A DNA stretch of 64,000 bases, taken from contig NC_083278.1 of the NCBI RefSeq assembly GCF_963506605.1, positions 52,452,001-52,516,000 of the forward strand, given 5' to 3'. How positions within the stretch are numbered: the stretch's first letter is position 1; each line of letters begins with the position of its first letter. This DNA comes from Zootoca vivipara. Lineage: Eukaryota. Below, piece by piece: positions 41,558 through 54,746 of the stretch. The notes below the pieces were generated by a model. It saw only the letters and a program-made list of their open reading frames with translations, had not been told where the DNA came from and searched no databases. The position numbers and the translations under genes were made by a program.

Positions 41558-43008
41558 CTAGAAAAATGCAAAAATATTTCTGTATTAGAAATAGACGCTC
41601 AGCCAGAATGCATACTGCAGATCAGAAAGGGTACCAGAGGATGTTGTCATAGTTAACAAGAAGAATGAAGGAAGCTCTTTTGAGACAGGAAGGCTTCCCT
41701 CAGAAACTAGAAGTGTTTCCCAAATTAGAACAATATGAAAAACAAATTTGTACCAAAATGCTAGCAGACGGTAATGGTTGTAAAAAGGAAGCATATTGCT
41801 AAAAACATTAAGACAAACAATAAAATAGTCTTTAAATACATCAGAAGCAGGAAACCAGCTAGGCAGGTGCCTGTATCAATAGAAAGCAGGGGAGGAAAAG
41901 GAGTGTACAAAGGAGCTGAATAAGTCGTGTCGGTCTTTACTGCCTGAAGTGACATTTTCAGGGAGCGACATGAAGAACCGAGGCAAATAGCGACAAAGGG
42001 CAAAATGCTAGGCCTTACTGACATACTTAAAATAAACAACTTGCCAGATCCAGATAGTATCTACTCCAGCATTCTTGAACTCTAATGTGAAAAGATTTAG
42101 GGGCTTCTTAGCAGTCCCCCTCCCCTTAAGCGACTTCCATAGGTTGGTATAGTATTTCATGAAGAATGAGCAGCTGTCATGGCAAGGGCAGATTTTGGCA
42201 CACACAGTATGTTACTGGTGTTTCACATATGCAGTGGCCTCTGTACAGCATGGGCTTAGTTGACATATCTGATTAAACTTCTTAAAAAGATGGAAGCCCA
42301 ACGTATGCTTCCCTTTACCTGAGGGAAAGGGCTACGTTTAGTACAGGACTGCCACATACCATGCACCTGCTATTTTTGCTTTAAAAAATCCACCATCTTT
42401 GAACAGTCACAAAGATACATTTTAGTCACAACAGCCAGCAAGGGCTTCATTCAGAAATAATAGATTTTCAATATTTAGTTATTGCTGTTCCTTTTATCCA
42501 TTTGCGAGGGGGGGGGGGTCCTGCAAGGCAACTACACACATTCCGTCAACTAATGTTGTCAACATAAAAGCTATTGAAAAATGTGCTGTCATGATGTTTT
42601 GATACAGAATTGACAAATGTTTAATAACCATGTAGGTCTGGTTCAAGAGATTCTTTGTGTGAGCAGACCTGCTTCCTTCATGCCCTTATCACACACCGTT
42701 CTGAAAGGACCCTCAATCCTGGGAATTTTTCCGGTGCTAAGCATGGAGTAAATAATATGCTTTGTTAGTACTGTACCTCTTTTCACAGATAAACAGGCTT
42801 CAGCTAATCTTACAACTAGAGGGAAACTGGGAATCTGACCACTGGACACACCTACATAATCAGTACAATGTGAAGATAGATGTAGGAGGAAAGCATGGTC
42901 TATTCATAAATTAGGAACAATGACATTGATGTAAAGTATATGAATATACTTAGAAGTATTGTTTAAAGGAATACATATTCAATCAAAATTTATTGTTGAA
43001 ATCATTTA

Positions 43009-43263
<255 letters not shown>

Positions 43264-45645
43264 TTAAGGGTCTGCACACTCCCCACCCAATTTTAAAGAT
43301 GAACTGCAAAACAACTCTTTGCACAGTAAAGCCTGAAACCCAAGAAATTATTTTAATCTGTAACCCTGCGTACCCTTATCTAGGTGTATAATTGCCATTG
43401 AACAAAGTGAGGCTGACTTCCAAGTAGATATGCAAAGGATTGGGCTGTAAGCCATCATTTAGAAGAAAAGCGCTCTACAAACAACACTTTTTGTTAAGCT
43501 GATTATATATAAATCCAATCACTCTGTATTGTATTACTTCAAAATATAGTGCTCTGCGAGAATGAAAGAATGTCAAGCATTTGGCCTATTTAGCTGAACT
43601 CTACCCCTAACATAGTTAAAAAGCCCTCCCATTCAACCTGATATGATGAACTCATTCTATTCTTTCTATTCTTTAGGTGGGACCGACACATGGTTCAAAT
43701 CCAATGCATACCGTCATCTGGGTTTAAAAAGGTGAACCAGTCTAATTTTAAGTTGACTCTCTAGGTTTGATTTTAAGTCACGTTGTTCAATTTTGCAAGT
43801 TGCATCTACCTCCTCTAAGGTGGCTAAATATTGTGCTGCTGCATGTAAATTAGTCACCAGGGACTAATTGTACCGTAGTAAACACCATTTTGTTTTTCGT
43901 GTCTGGTGCTTTTAGAGTATGATACAGTTACTAGTGATTTTATTGTTAGGGCTCTCTATTTTGTTTTGCTTGATATTTTATATATTTGCAAAAAAATTCT
44001 GGTCATTGACCGTAATGACAAATTTCCTAAATGTCAGCCATTGCTGTGACTTCAATCACAGCAAAACAGTGAAAGGAAGAATAAAGTGAGTGTTTCACAA
44101 AGCTAATGAGCGGAATGCTGGAGCAATGTGCCCCGTGGACCAGAAATTTATTTATATTAAATGAAATCTGGAAAATTGAGGATTATGTCTATTCTGGGAG
44201 GGATGGGGGGCAGCTTTCCCTTTCACACCTATGCCAAATATCCTGAAAAGAAGAAGTCTATTTAACTTCATGAAGTTCTTCCTTTCCAAATTATGCCTTC
44301 AAAATTGAAAGCACAGACATGCTTGTTTACTCTTTAAGGCTTAAAACCAAACAAGTAATATGACCTACTTTTTCCTATTAAAAGTTTCACCTTCACAGTG
44401 TGGATCTTTTAACTATCAGCCTGTGACCTGGTATTTAGTTTTCTGAACTGTTACCTTTGCTATTCATTTCCAAAGAAATGTTCTGTGATGGCAAGACAGA
44501 ATTACGAAGAACTAACAAAACAGAACACTTTTTTTAAAAGTAAAGAAATACCTCATTAATTACACGAGTGTCCACAATACAAAGAAGAAAGAAGCTTTTC
44601 TCAGAAGAATGAGTGCACTTTCTGTGATGGAAGGTTGATCTCTGAATAGCAGCATTTAAATGACCTTTGCGGTTTCCTAAATGAATTATCTCAGAAACTC
44701 TTGACATTTGCAGACTAAATAGCACAAGCAGAGTCTCATCAATAATAAGTCCTGCTATTATATCCATGATTGCTAGAGACAAATCTAATTGACCCATGAC
44801 GCTGAAAATCACTTTCAATTTGCAACTGAAGTAACAAAGGCTAAATAAATGTACAGGAACAATAGCAATAAAATAGTTCCGACATTCGGAACTATAGTAC
44901 TGCTGGTCTAATTGTAGTAGAAAATATTTTGCCTCACAGTGGCTATTGCTTCAGTCTCAATATTCTGTAAAACCCAGTGTCAACATTTTTGGTGGTATTT
45001 AGTAAAAGGTAGGGTGTGCACCAGATTCAGCCAAAGCCCAAAGTCCAAACTGAATCAGGTTGATTTGTGTCCTGCCCAGATTGGGTAGAAGCAGAAACAA
45101 ATCACTACAGGGCAGATTGGCTTGTCCCAAAAATATTTGTACAGATTTAGGCCAATCTGTAGCTCCAAACGGTCTCACAGAAAGCCAGGCCAATGTTTCA
45201 ATTAATAATTACAACACCATATAAGAATTCCAGTGTGGAGAGAAGGGGATCTGGAGGAAGGCTAGCAAGATCTCCTCCTACCAAACATGTGCTAATCACA
45301 GGCTTGCAGGGAGGAGCTGGACTTTGCTTTATGCATGCTGCGGGGCTACCTAGAAGGCTCCTGGTGTGTATGAGAAGTCTTAAAATGAGAAACACTTTTG
45401 GAAGTCCTGTCTCTTATAAAGCGTTTGATGGGTTTGGTTGCATTTCTTCAGCTTGTGTTTGTTTTCTATCGTTTGTCAAACAATCCCAGTTTCCTTGTTT
45501 GTTTGTTTTGAAATGTTTGCCTATTTTTTATTTTATTATCTTCTCATTGCTAAGAATATTGCATTTTGATTATCCCAACCACAAACTACAAGAAGGATCT
45601 AGCTTGTGTTTTGTAGCCTAGAGGTGTTTTACCTTTTTATTTCTA

Positions 45646-46348
45646 CAGTGGTACCTTGGTTCTCAAACGCCGAAAACCCGCAAGTAAGTGTTCCAGTTTT
45701 CGAATGTTTTTCAGAAGCCGAACGTCTGGTGTGGCTGTCAGCTATTGTTTCCTGGGCACCTGAACTAATCAGAAGCTGTGTCTTGGTTTTCAATCATTTC
45801 AGAAGTCAAATGGACTTCTAGAACGGATTAAGTTTGGCGCTTTTGTTTTTGCTATTTATTTTGCATTTTTGTTTCTGGGGGGTTTTTCAGTTAATTTGTT
45901 TTTGTAACTGTGTGGAACCCAGTTCAGCTACTGATTGATTGTGTGGCTGCGGAAATGGATAAAAGCCCCCCATCCAAAATGACGATCATCAGTGCAGTTA
46001 TAATAATAATAATTTTAATTTCTATTTATTTTATAGCACAGTACATTGATTATTGTTTTCATTTTATGGATCAATGGTCTCGTTAGATAGTAAATTTCAT
46101 GTTAAATTGCTGTTTTAGGGGTTGTTTTTAAATTGCTGTTTTAAGGGTTGTTTTTAAAAGTCTGAAACAGATTAATCCGTTTTGCATTACTTTCTATGGG
46201 AAACATAGCTGCCAAGTTCTCCCTTTTTTTAAGGGAAATTCCCATCTGCTGAATAGGCTTCCTCACGAGAAAAGAGAAAACTTGGCAGCTATGATGGGAA
46301 AACTCCACTTTGGTTTTGTAACGGACTTTGAGAACCAAGGTACCACTG
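45646..46348. mobile_element. Tc1/mariner (Tigger-like) non-autonomous element
   Basis: Perfect 22-bp TIRs cagtggtaccttggttctcaaa / tttgagaaccaaggtaccactg and a TA TSD. Confidence 0.92.
46204..46293. mobile_element. 90-bp hAT MITE nested in the Tigger-like element
   Basis: TIRs catagctgccaagtt / aacttggcagctatg with an 8-bp TSD atgggaaa at 46196-46203 and 46294-46301. Confidence 0.93.
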
Positions 46349-47208
46349 TATTTGTCATCCAGCCAAACTTTGTGGCCACAGCCTACTGAATGCAATATTA
46401 TCATAATTTATCAGCAAACATAGTGCTCAATCATGTCATTTCTCATGTCATTTCTGAGTCTAATTTTTTTAATTACTTTTTTTTGAAAAGCAATTTTTAA
46501 AGGTGTACAGCACAAAAAGACCTGCAGCTATGCATCTGCAACTAGGCAGTTACTCCCCTCTAGAGAGGTTATCATGCCCCCAGTTTATATGTTTCTATGT
46601 CAAAAAAGCAAGTTATTGTAGTTTTATTCTGTAATGCAAGTCAATTTGTAAAATCAGATTGAGTCTGATCCAGATTTACAACTGGAGCAACAAATCAAAC
46701 AAACATGTCTGTGATAATACTTTATGAGAACACTTTATGAATTTTGAAATCTTGTATCAGTAAATCTTTTGTTAAATATTTATAACTAGCAAGTAAAATA
46801 CACGTGTTCTCAAGTTAACTGCTGCATTTGTAATGAACTGTGTCCAAAAGAATTGTCCCATTCACAAAATGAGTCCCACCTGCACAAGATAATTTCCCCT
46901 CCCTCTTCTCCCCCCATGCAGCCCCACACTCTTTTCTGAGTGTTCCCAAAACCCTCCAGAGGAGATGGAAGAGGGAGGGGAGGCTCATTTTGCTTGCATG
47001 AACAAGACAACTTTGCTATAACCACTTATAAATTATGAAAATGCATTTCTATTTCCTGAAAACAAAACTATAATAATAATTTTGGTTCAGAGTATATTTA
47101 GTGTACATTTTATAAACAAACACAAGTAATGAAGGGACAAAGAAAAGCCACATGGACAGTATAGTTCAAATACCTTTTTAAAAAGTCTTTTAAATGTTTT
47201 GTCTTTCA

Positions 47209-47352
<144 letters not shown>

Positions 47353-49037
47353 CTATGGCAAATAACAAAATCATGGTGTTTCATGTGCACACTTTTTGGT
47401 GTATTTTACATAAAGAATTTATTCTTTGCAAAAAGAAAAGAAACGTATGACTATTCAAACTTAAGGGAAGCAACTCTTTCAAGAGTACTGGATTATATTC
47501 TAACTAAACCTCTCCTGACAGTCTCATGAGCAGAGTTTTGCTTTTGGGACACATTCCACAGTGAAAAGGAAGGAGGAAGAGAGGAAATGCTTTTTGCCAC
47601 TCTCTCCTTCCCACTGCAGCCCCTTGAAAATCTGCTTGAAAATCATGAGAAGCAACAAAATGGGAAGAGGAGATTGACAAAAATGCTGCCCTGCCCATAC
47701 TCCAACCGGACCTTCTGCAGGATCCCAGCTGCCTATATAAACAGAAGCAACCCTTCCATTTGCAGATGAGTTGTTAGGATCCAAGCCATCATTTTATACT
47801 GGCTTGCACTCTCCCCCTGCCCCACTCTCACACACAGCCCATACAGGAATGGACATCGTCCAGAGCTATTTTGTGTAGCTAAGTAATGACTTCTTGTTAG
47901 ATTAGTGTTGAACATTAGCTGAAAAGTAACCTGGTTTCGTAACTCCTCAATATATGTTTGAGAACCTATGGCTGCATTTGAACTTGGGTATTCAGTAACT
48001 ATAGTTAAAAAACGCAAATAACCTGTGCATGAGCTGCTTGCTGTCCTACCAATCCTGTTTTGCTACTCCTTGAGCTGAGCAAGGAAACAAACCACAAACT
48101 GGTTGGCTTAGCATTATATCCAAACCAGCCATTTGCTTCACTCTCTAAACCCGAAGCCAAGGTTTGTTCTTAGTTGCAGATTGTGGTTTGGAGGAGAGGG
48201 AGAGGAGGTAGAGAAGCAAACCAAGAGTGCTGCTTTGGACAAAACATAAAGTAGCCCTTTGTGGTTTGTTTACCTGATCTACTAAGAGAGCAGAGAAGTG
48301 GAAGAGCTTGGGCTGGACAAACAGGGTAATTTGTTAACTGCTTATCATTATATACAAATGAAGCTTATATTTGTAATACAGAATGTATTGGGGGCAATTA
48401 TGGGTTGTGTTCCATGTTAGGCTATTACAAATGTTTCATCTGAGCAACTATATTAGCTTGCCAGGTGGGTGTCCATCCCACCATGTGCTACTCTAGGGGA
48501 TCACCCAACCACTTCAGAGCCAATTTCATGGGTGCAGGGGCACACAGGGAGAGGCAAGGGAGAGAGCCTCACTGCAAAAGCAGCTACACAGAGCTTCCTC
48601 TGATGGGGTGAAATATACCTAATGAGCCCTGTGTTTTTAATCCCCCACTCAAGTTAGCTGGAAAACATTTCCTTTGAATCAGCACCTAAAACAGTTGTGC
48701 CATAACAGGCAAGCACAGCATGATTTAAGGATGATTACTACCTGTAAAACTACTAAACTTAGACCTTGGTCTAAGTTGGATACAAAAAAACCTAATGCAG
48801 AGAAAATCCACACACGCTTCCTCTCCCTTGTTTGCAGTACAAGATCAACCTAAGATACTTAACAGAAAGCTCTTTCAATGTGTACACTTCTATCATCCTA
48901 CATTCATAAAACATTTGAAAGAAGTGCTCTCTGAAAATAAGTCCAGAAGATCCAAAGAACAAAAATGGAGATATTCCCGACAATTGGCAATTGTCACACT
49001 TCCAAAAGTGTGATGCAACTACTGGCAAAAACTCTTA

Positions 49038-49229
<192 letters not shown>

Positions 49230-49292
49230 CTATGTAGTAGCTTGACAAGAAAAATAAAAGCCCTGAATACTAAATGCAATAAAAAGCCCCTA

Positions 49293-50352
49293 CCGTGTTT
49301 CTCATATTATAAGACATGTCTTATATTAATTTTTTCCTCAAAAAAACACGACAAGGCTTATTTTCAAGGGATGTCTTATTTTTTAATAAAGTGCACGCGG
49401 GCGCTGTTTGCCGGGCTTGTCAAGCCCAGCAAGGAGCGCCCGCCGATCTTCGGTGACAGGCGGGGGTGGGGGGAGACCAGAGAATGATCTCCGCTTCCCC
49501 CCACCCCCGCCTGTCACACAGCACAGGTCCGAAGATCGGAGGGCGCTGTTTGCCGGGCTTGTCAAGCCCAGCAAACAGCGCCCGCCGATCTTTGGTGACA
49601 GGCGGGGGTGGGGGGAGAGCGGAGAACGATCTCCGCTTTCCCCCCCACCCCGCCCGTCACACAGCACAGGTCCGAAGATCGGCGGGCGCTGTTTGCCGGG
49701 CTTGTCAAGCCCAGCAAACAGCGCCCGCCGATCTTCGGTGACAGGCGGGGGTGGGGGGAGAGTGGAGAACGATCTCCGCTTCCCCCCCACCCCCGCCCGT
49801 CACACAGCACAGGGCCGAAGATCGGAGGGCGCTGTTTGCCGGGCTTGTCAAGCCCAGCAAACAGCGCCCGCCGATCTTCGGTGACAGGCGGGGGTGGGGG
49901 GAGAGCGGAGAACGATCTCCGCTTCCCCCCACCCCCGCCCGTCACACAGCACAGGGCCGAAGATCGGAGGGCGCTGTTTGCCGGGCTTGTCAAGCCCAGC
50001 AAACAGCGCCCGCCGATCTTCGGTGACAGGCGGGGGTGGGGGGAGAGCGGAGAACGATCTCCGCTTCCCCCCCGCCTGTCACACAGCACAGGTCCGAAGA
50101 TCGGCGGGCGCTGTTTCCCGGGCTTGTCAAGCCCAGCAAGGAGCGCCCGCCGATCTTCGGCTCTGTCCCCCGATGCGCTACGGCTCGGGGAAGCAGGCAG
50201 GGAGCTCCTGCTGGGTCCCGCGGCTTCGCCTCTCACTCGGTCGGGGCTTTGCGATAGTGCTTATTTTCGGGGTATGTCTTATTTTTCACCAACCCTTTGA
50301 AATCCTGTCATGGCTTATTTTTTGGGGATGCCTTAAAATATGAGAAACACGG
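49293..50352. mobile_element. Tc1/mariner-type non-autonomous DNA transposon carrying a tandem array
   Basis: Perfect 16-bp TIRs ccgtgtttctcatatt / aatatgagaaacacgg, TA on both flanks, and subterminal cttatttt repeats. Confidence 0.9.
49398..50160. repeat. GC-rich minisatellite, ~137-143 bp unit, ~5.3 copies, each made of two palindromes
   Basis: ccgaagatcgg recurs at 49529, 49672, 49815, 49957 and 50094. Confidence 0.97.
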
Positions 50353-50506
50353 TACTATGCAGCCTCTTATTTAATCACATTTGTATCTCTTCAATGTTCA
50401 CATGTACTTTGCTTTTATTTCCTGTTAATGCTGTTAAGCAGTCAGAGCAGCACTTGCTTTGGACTATGCCTAGTTCACAATACTTAGAAGAGCTGCATTA
50501 CCAAAT

Positions 50507-50629
50507 CATTTTTATGTGAACCTGTTCACTAAAATTAGTGCTGTTCACCTAAATTAGCTATTTGTAACATTTTTATGTGAACCTGTTCACCTAAATTAGT
50601 GCTGTTCACTTAAATTAGCTATTTGTAAC
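50507..50629. repeat. 61-bp tandem duplication with an internal ctgttcacctaaattag subrepeat
   Basis: catttttatgtgaacctgttcac starts at 50507 and 50568. Confidence 0.9.
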
Positions 50630-51097
50630 TATAGGATGGAGCCAAAATGTATCATTCAGTTCTTTTCAATATTAGCACATTTAACCTATCTGCACTGCTT
50701 TGCTACTATTGCAAGTTGAGAGGATGCCCAATCTAGCAATAAGCTCATTATACACAGACATTACCATGAAGGAGAAGGCTTAGAGATACCAGCCCTTCCC
50801 AAGCAGATCTTTTCTTTCCTCCAGAGTAACATACATTACTGTCACATGCTTCATTGAGTGAACTTGTCTAACAGCCTCAATCCTATGAAATAAGCCTGAA
50901 TTAGTTCAAATTAGCCCGAATTAGCTTATGCCCAATGGACGTTGACTCCTTGTCACACTTGGCCAGCTTTACGTGATGAAAACTGAACCAGCATCCATCC
51001 TTGGTATTCTCTTCCAGCTCTTGCATGGAACTTACTAGTCTGTCATCTCAGGCTAGTTATGGTCATGAATCAGTTATCCACATGAGTGAACTCTTGA

Positions 51098-53071
51098 CGG
51101 ACTTCTGGTCTACCGCCAGCGCTGTTCGACGGGATTTGCCTCGAGCTCCGAGGCAACCAGGCTCCGCGAGGGGGTGGGAAGAGGCGCGATAGCGACGCGC
51201 CACCCCAAAAGAGCCCCAGATCAAGTGCCCTGGGGACGAAGTGCTTGGCAGCGCCCCGTTTCTGCGACTCCTCAACTCCCCGGTAAGCCTAAGAGCCCCG
51301 GAGAGAGTTGAGTGGAAGTTGCGGGGGCCATTTTGAGCGCAATCGTCACCCTCGCGAAGCGAAGCTACGTGCCGACAGCGGAGAGCGGTGGATTCTTTCA
51401 AGTAAAGATTACAAATTGGAACCTGTCAGTAAAAAGGGGTGTTTTTTTTGAAATTTAATTAAAGAATTGGCTACAGGGGGTGATTTAAAAAGGAAGTCGA
51501 TTGCCCCCTTTTGAGAGACTGTGATGCAATGAGCTAACCACTAAGCTGATAAAGTGGGAAGCTTTCAATTTACTAGAAAGTGGACCTAAAAACCCTCCTC
51601 TGTAGCAGGCACAGGGGAGAGGTTTGAATTAAGTGGAAGTTCCTGCAAAAATTGTGGTATTGTTAAAAGTAAGTCCCTCTGGAAGTCGGACCCGGGTCAG
51701 TGAATGGTGTTGAGAATATTGTAATAATAAAGAATTTGCTTAAAAAGTATTGAAGAAACTTTGATTAAGACCCTAGAAGTTATGCGGGGGGGGGGAATGT
51801 TTTTAAAGGAAGAATACATCCAGTTTGGACTTAAAAATGGTGATTGAGAAGATGGAATTTGATCCCTGCCATTTCTGGCCGTATAATCTGCTGGACTCAC
51901 ATGAAATTTGAGATACCTAAGATGGCTGTAGCCACAACAATATCATCACAAGACTTGGCTTGGCAAAAGATTTTTGTGGTGCTCTTGGAAATTAAACAGG
52001 AATTGGATGAGAATAACAAGCAGCTGAGACTAGTAAACTGTGGAGAGAAAGGAGTGATTGTCATAGTGCAGAAAATGGACTTGAGAAAGAAATGACCCCA
52101 ATGGACAAAGAAGAAATGCAAGATGCTCAAACACAAATATTGGAAGAAGAGGAAAAAGATGAAGGATACAATGTTCCACAAGTGAGAGATGTGGAACAGG
52201 ACTTAGGTTGGATACAAGGAGGCCTCAAAAAAGAAAGTGTATACTGCTGGACTCCTAGTGAGAGAGGGAGTCCAGGGTTTGCACTGTGAACTGGACAGAA
52301 AAAGGGGGAAAATGAAATTGGACTGGAACTTGATAATGTAAAGGACTGGTTTCGATCCATAGAATCAAAGAACAATGCAAAGACAGTGGAAGTGGGATGC
52401 AGGCAAAGACAGTGGAAGTGGGAAGCAGGCATAGTATTGAAGAGGCGGCAGAAGATGTGGAAACAAATTCGGTGGTTTTGGTGGGAAAGGGTGGGAATGG
52501 GGTGATTAATAAAGGGATATTATAATGGGTGGATTTAAACGGTCTGAAACTGGTTTGACATAAGGAATTCGCTGAAATGTCTGGGAAATTTGGCTCCGGC
52601 AGAAGGGGGGATGGATCTAAATATTAATATTGAAGAAAGGAGAATAGAATTTTAAGAATTGAATTATAATACATTTCTGGTAAAAAATGTTAAGCTAAGG
52701 GAAGAAATATAAGATAAAATAATGGGAAAGTGGAAAGGATTAGATTTGGATAGTGGATTATTAAAAATGATAAAATTGTTATGTGTAAAGTAGAATAGAA
52801 AAGTTAAGTGTAAGTTATAATAAGGTTTAAGATATTAATTGTGAACAGTGCTTAAATGGTTATATATAAGGGACCCAGAGTGGGGGGAGTTGGGGAAGTC
52901 CATAATTATATTGTTATGATAAATGATATAAGTAAGATGTTTTTCTTTCTCTTACTTTCTCTTTTGCTTTTTTACTTTTTTGTCTTTGTCTTTTTTGTTT
53001 GTTTTGTTTTGAGATTTGCTGATTTTTTTGCATATATATGATAATGGAAAATAAAAATTATTTTTTTAAAA
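51098..53071 (+). mobile_element. ~2-kb non-autonomous L1-like (HAL1-like) retroelement
   Basis: 16-bp TSD atgagtgaactcttga at 51082-51097 and 53072-53087. CpG-rich 5' end, broken coiled-coil-like ORF remnants, G-rich and T-rich 3'UTR, AATAAA and a short A tail. Confidence 0.8.
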
Positions 53072-54414
53072 ATGAGTGAACTCTTGATGTGACTACAATT
53101 GGTGCAAAACCTGTATTTCTTTTCTTCAAAGGTGTCTGAACACTAAGGCAAAAAATCCATGTGGTTTATATTTTCAAAATAGAAAGTTGTATAAAAATGG
53201 AGACTCTTTTCAAAACTTTAAACTAGGATATTATACTTCATGCTATACCTGATACAAAGCACGGGCTGTTAAACAAAGCATTGACCTTCTGGTGAAATAG
53301 AAACCAAATATTACATTAAAAAGCTTTCTGCATGAATCTTCAGTTACATATTTTACATTGTGGTTAACAATAAGACTTCCAAAATAGAAAGCACCAAGGA
53401 TTTCTAGGTCCACAAGTTCAATACACAATGCGTTTACTTTGAAATTTCTGATGAAAGCAATAAGGCAACCTCTTTCAAGAGTCAGCTGAACAAAATGGAA
53501 TTCAGTTTTTGAGACCTTGAGCAAAACTAGATATAAAAATGATCCTGGCCAAGACACTATTTTGCAACAAAACAAATATTCTCAGTATGCTTATATTATC
53601 ATGTACATCTTTGCATGAAAGTAAATCAGACCTGGCTATGGCAATGGACTCTACATGGGGGGTACCTTTGCAGACCGCAGGAAGCTTCAACCAATCCAGA
53701 ATGGAGCAGCAAGAATGTTTGTGGGAGCTGACCCCTGGATAAGGCTACACCTATCCTGTGACAACTGCACTGGTTACATATTTATTTTCATGTAAAAGTC
53801 AAAATATCAGAGATGGTTTTTAAAACCCCAAATGGCTCTGGTCTAAGCTATCTGATGGAATGCCTTCTCCTACACCAGCCTGTATGTTGCTAAGCTATGG
53901 GAGAGACTCCCATCCATCAGGGAGACTTATTTTACTGTGAAGATAGCAAGGCCTTCTCAGTAGGCAGTTCCCACATTGTGCAACATGTTGTCTGCTGAAG
54001 CCTACGTTGTTCATTCTCTTGTTTACCATGGGTTTGTGAAGATGCTTTTCTTTCAGCTGGCTTTTACTGATGGACTATCTGAAGAGACAGTTTTATCTCT
54101 GCTTCCTGTTTCTTTTCAACTGTTCTTGAATGTATTTTGCCTTTACCGGGGTTTTAATGTGAATCTGATCTATTTGTTGTAAACCATCTTAAATTATGTG
54201 TATAGGTTTTAAAAATCTTATCTAAATAAATATAAATTACAGCAGAGGAACTGGTAGCAAGAGATTAAGTCTACAATCCTGTGCATGTTTCCTAAGACTA
54301 CCGGTATAACTCACTGAATGCAGTGGGACAGCTAGGTAAAATATGCATAGGACTGAACTTTTAGTTATGTGTATTTTCATATACTATTCTTGAGTATATT
54401 TATATTTCATATAT

Positions 54415-54746
54415 TCTTGAGAGTCCCATGGACTGTAAGAAGATCAAACCTATCCATTCTGAAGGAAATCAGCCCTGAGTGCTCACTGGAGGGACAGATC
54501 CTGAAGCTGAGGCTCCAATACTTTGGTCACCTCATGAGAAGACTCCCTGGAAAAGACCCTGATGTTGGGAAAGATGGAGGGCACTAGGAGAAGGGGACAA
54601 CAGAGGACGAGATGGTTGGACAGTGTTCTCGAAGCTACGAACATGAGTTTGACCAAATTGCGGGAGGCAGTGGAAGACAGGAGTGCCTGGCGTGCTATGG
54701 TCCATGGGGTCACGAAGAGTCGGACACGACTGAACGGCTAAACAAC
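54415..54746 (+). mobile_element. BovB 5'-truncated copy
   Basis: LRVPWTVRRSNLSILKEISPECSLEGQILKLRLQYFGHLMRR followed by a BovB 3' end. Confidence 0.93.

Noticed and set aside
49398-50160. CRISPR-like array of palindromic repeats
   Set aside because: The segments between repeats are themselves near-identical, so there are no unique spacers. There are no cas genes, and the array lies within transposon TIRs in a vertebrate intron.
49383-50343. Multiple long ORFs (up to 230 aa) on both strands
   Set aside because: These are artefacts of a stop-poor GC-rich palindromic repeat. Most unit lengths (143, 142, 137) are not multiples of 3, and the same peptides appear on both strands.
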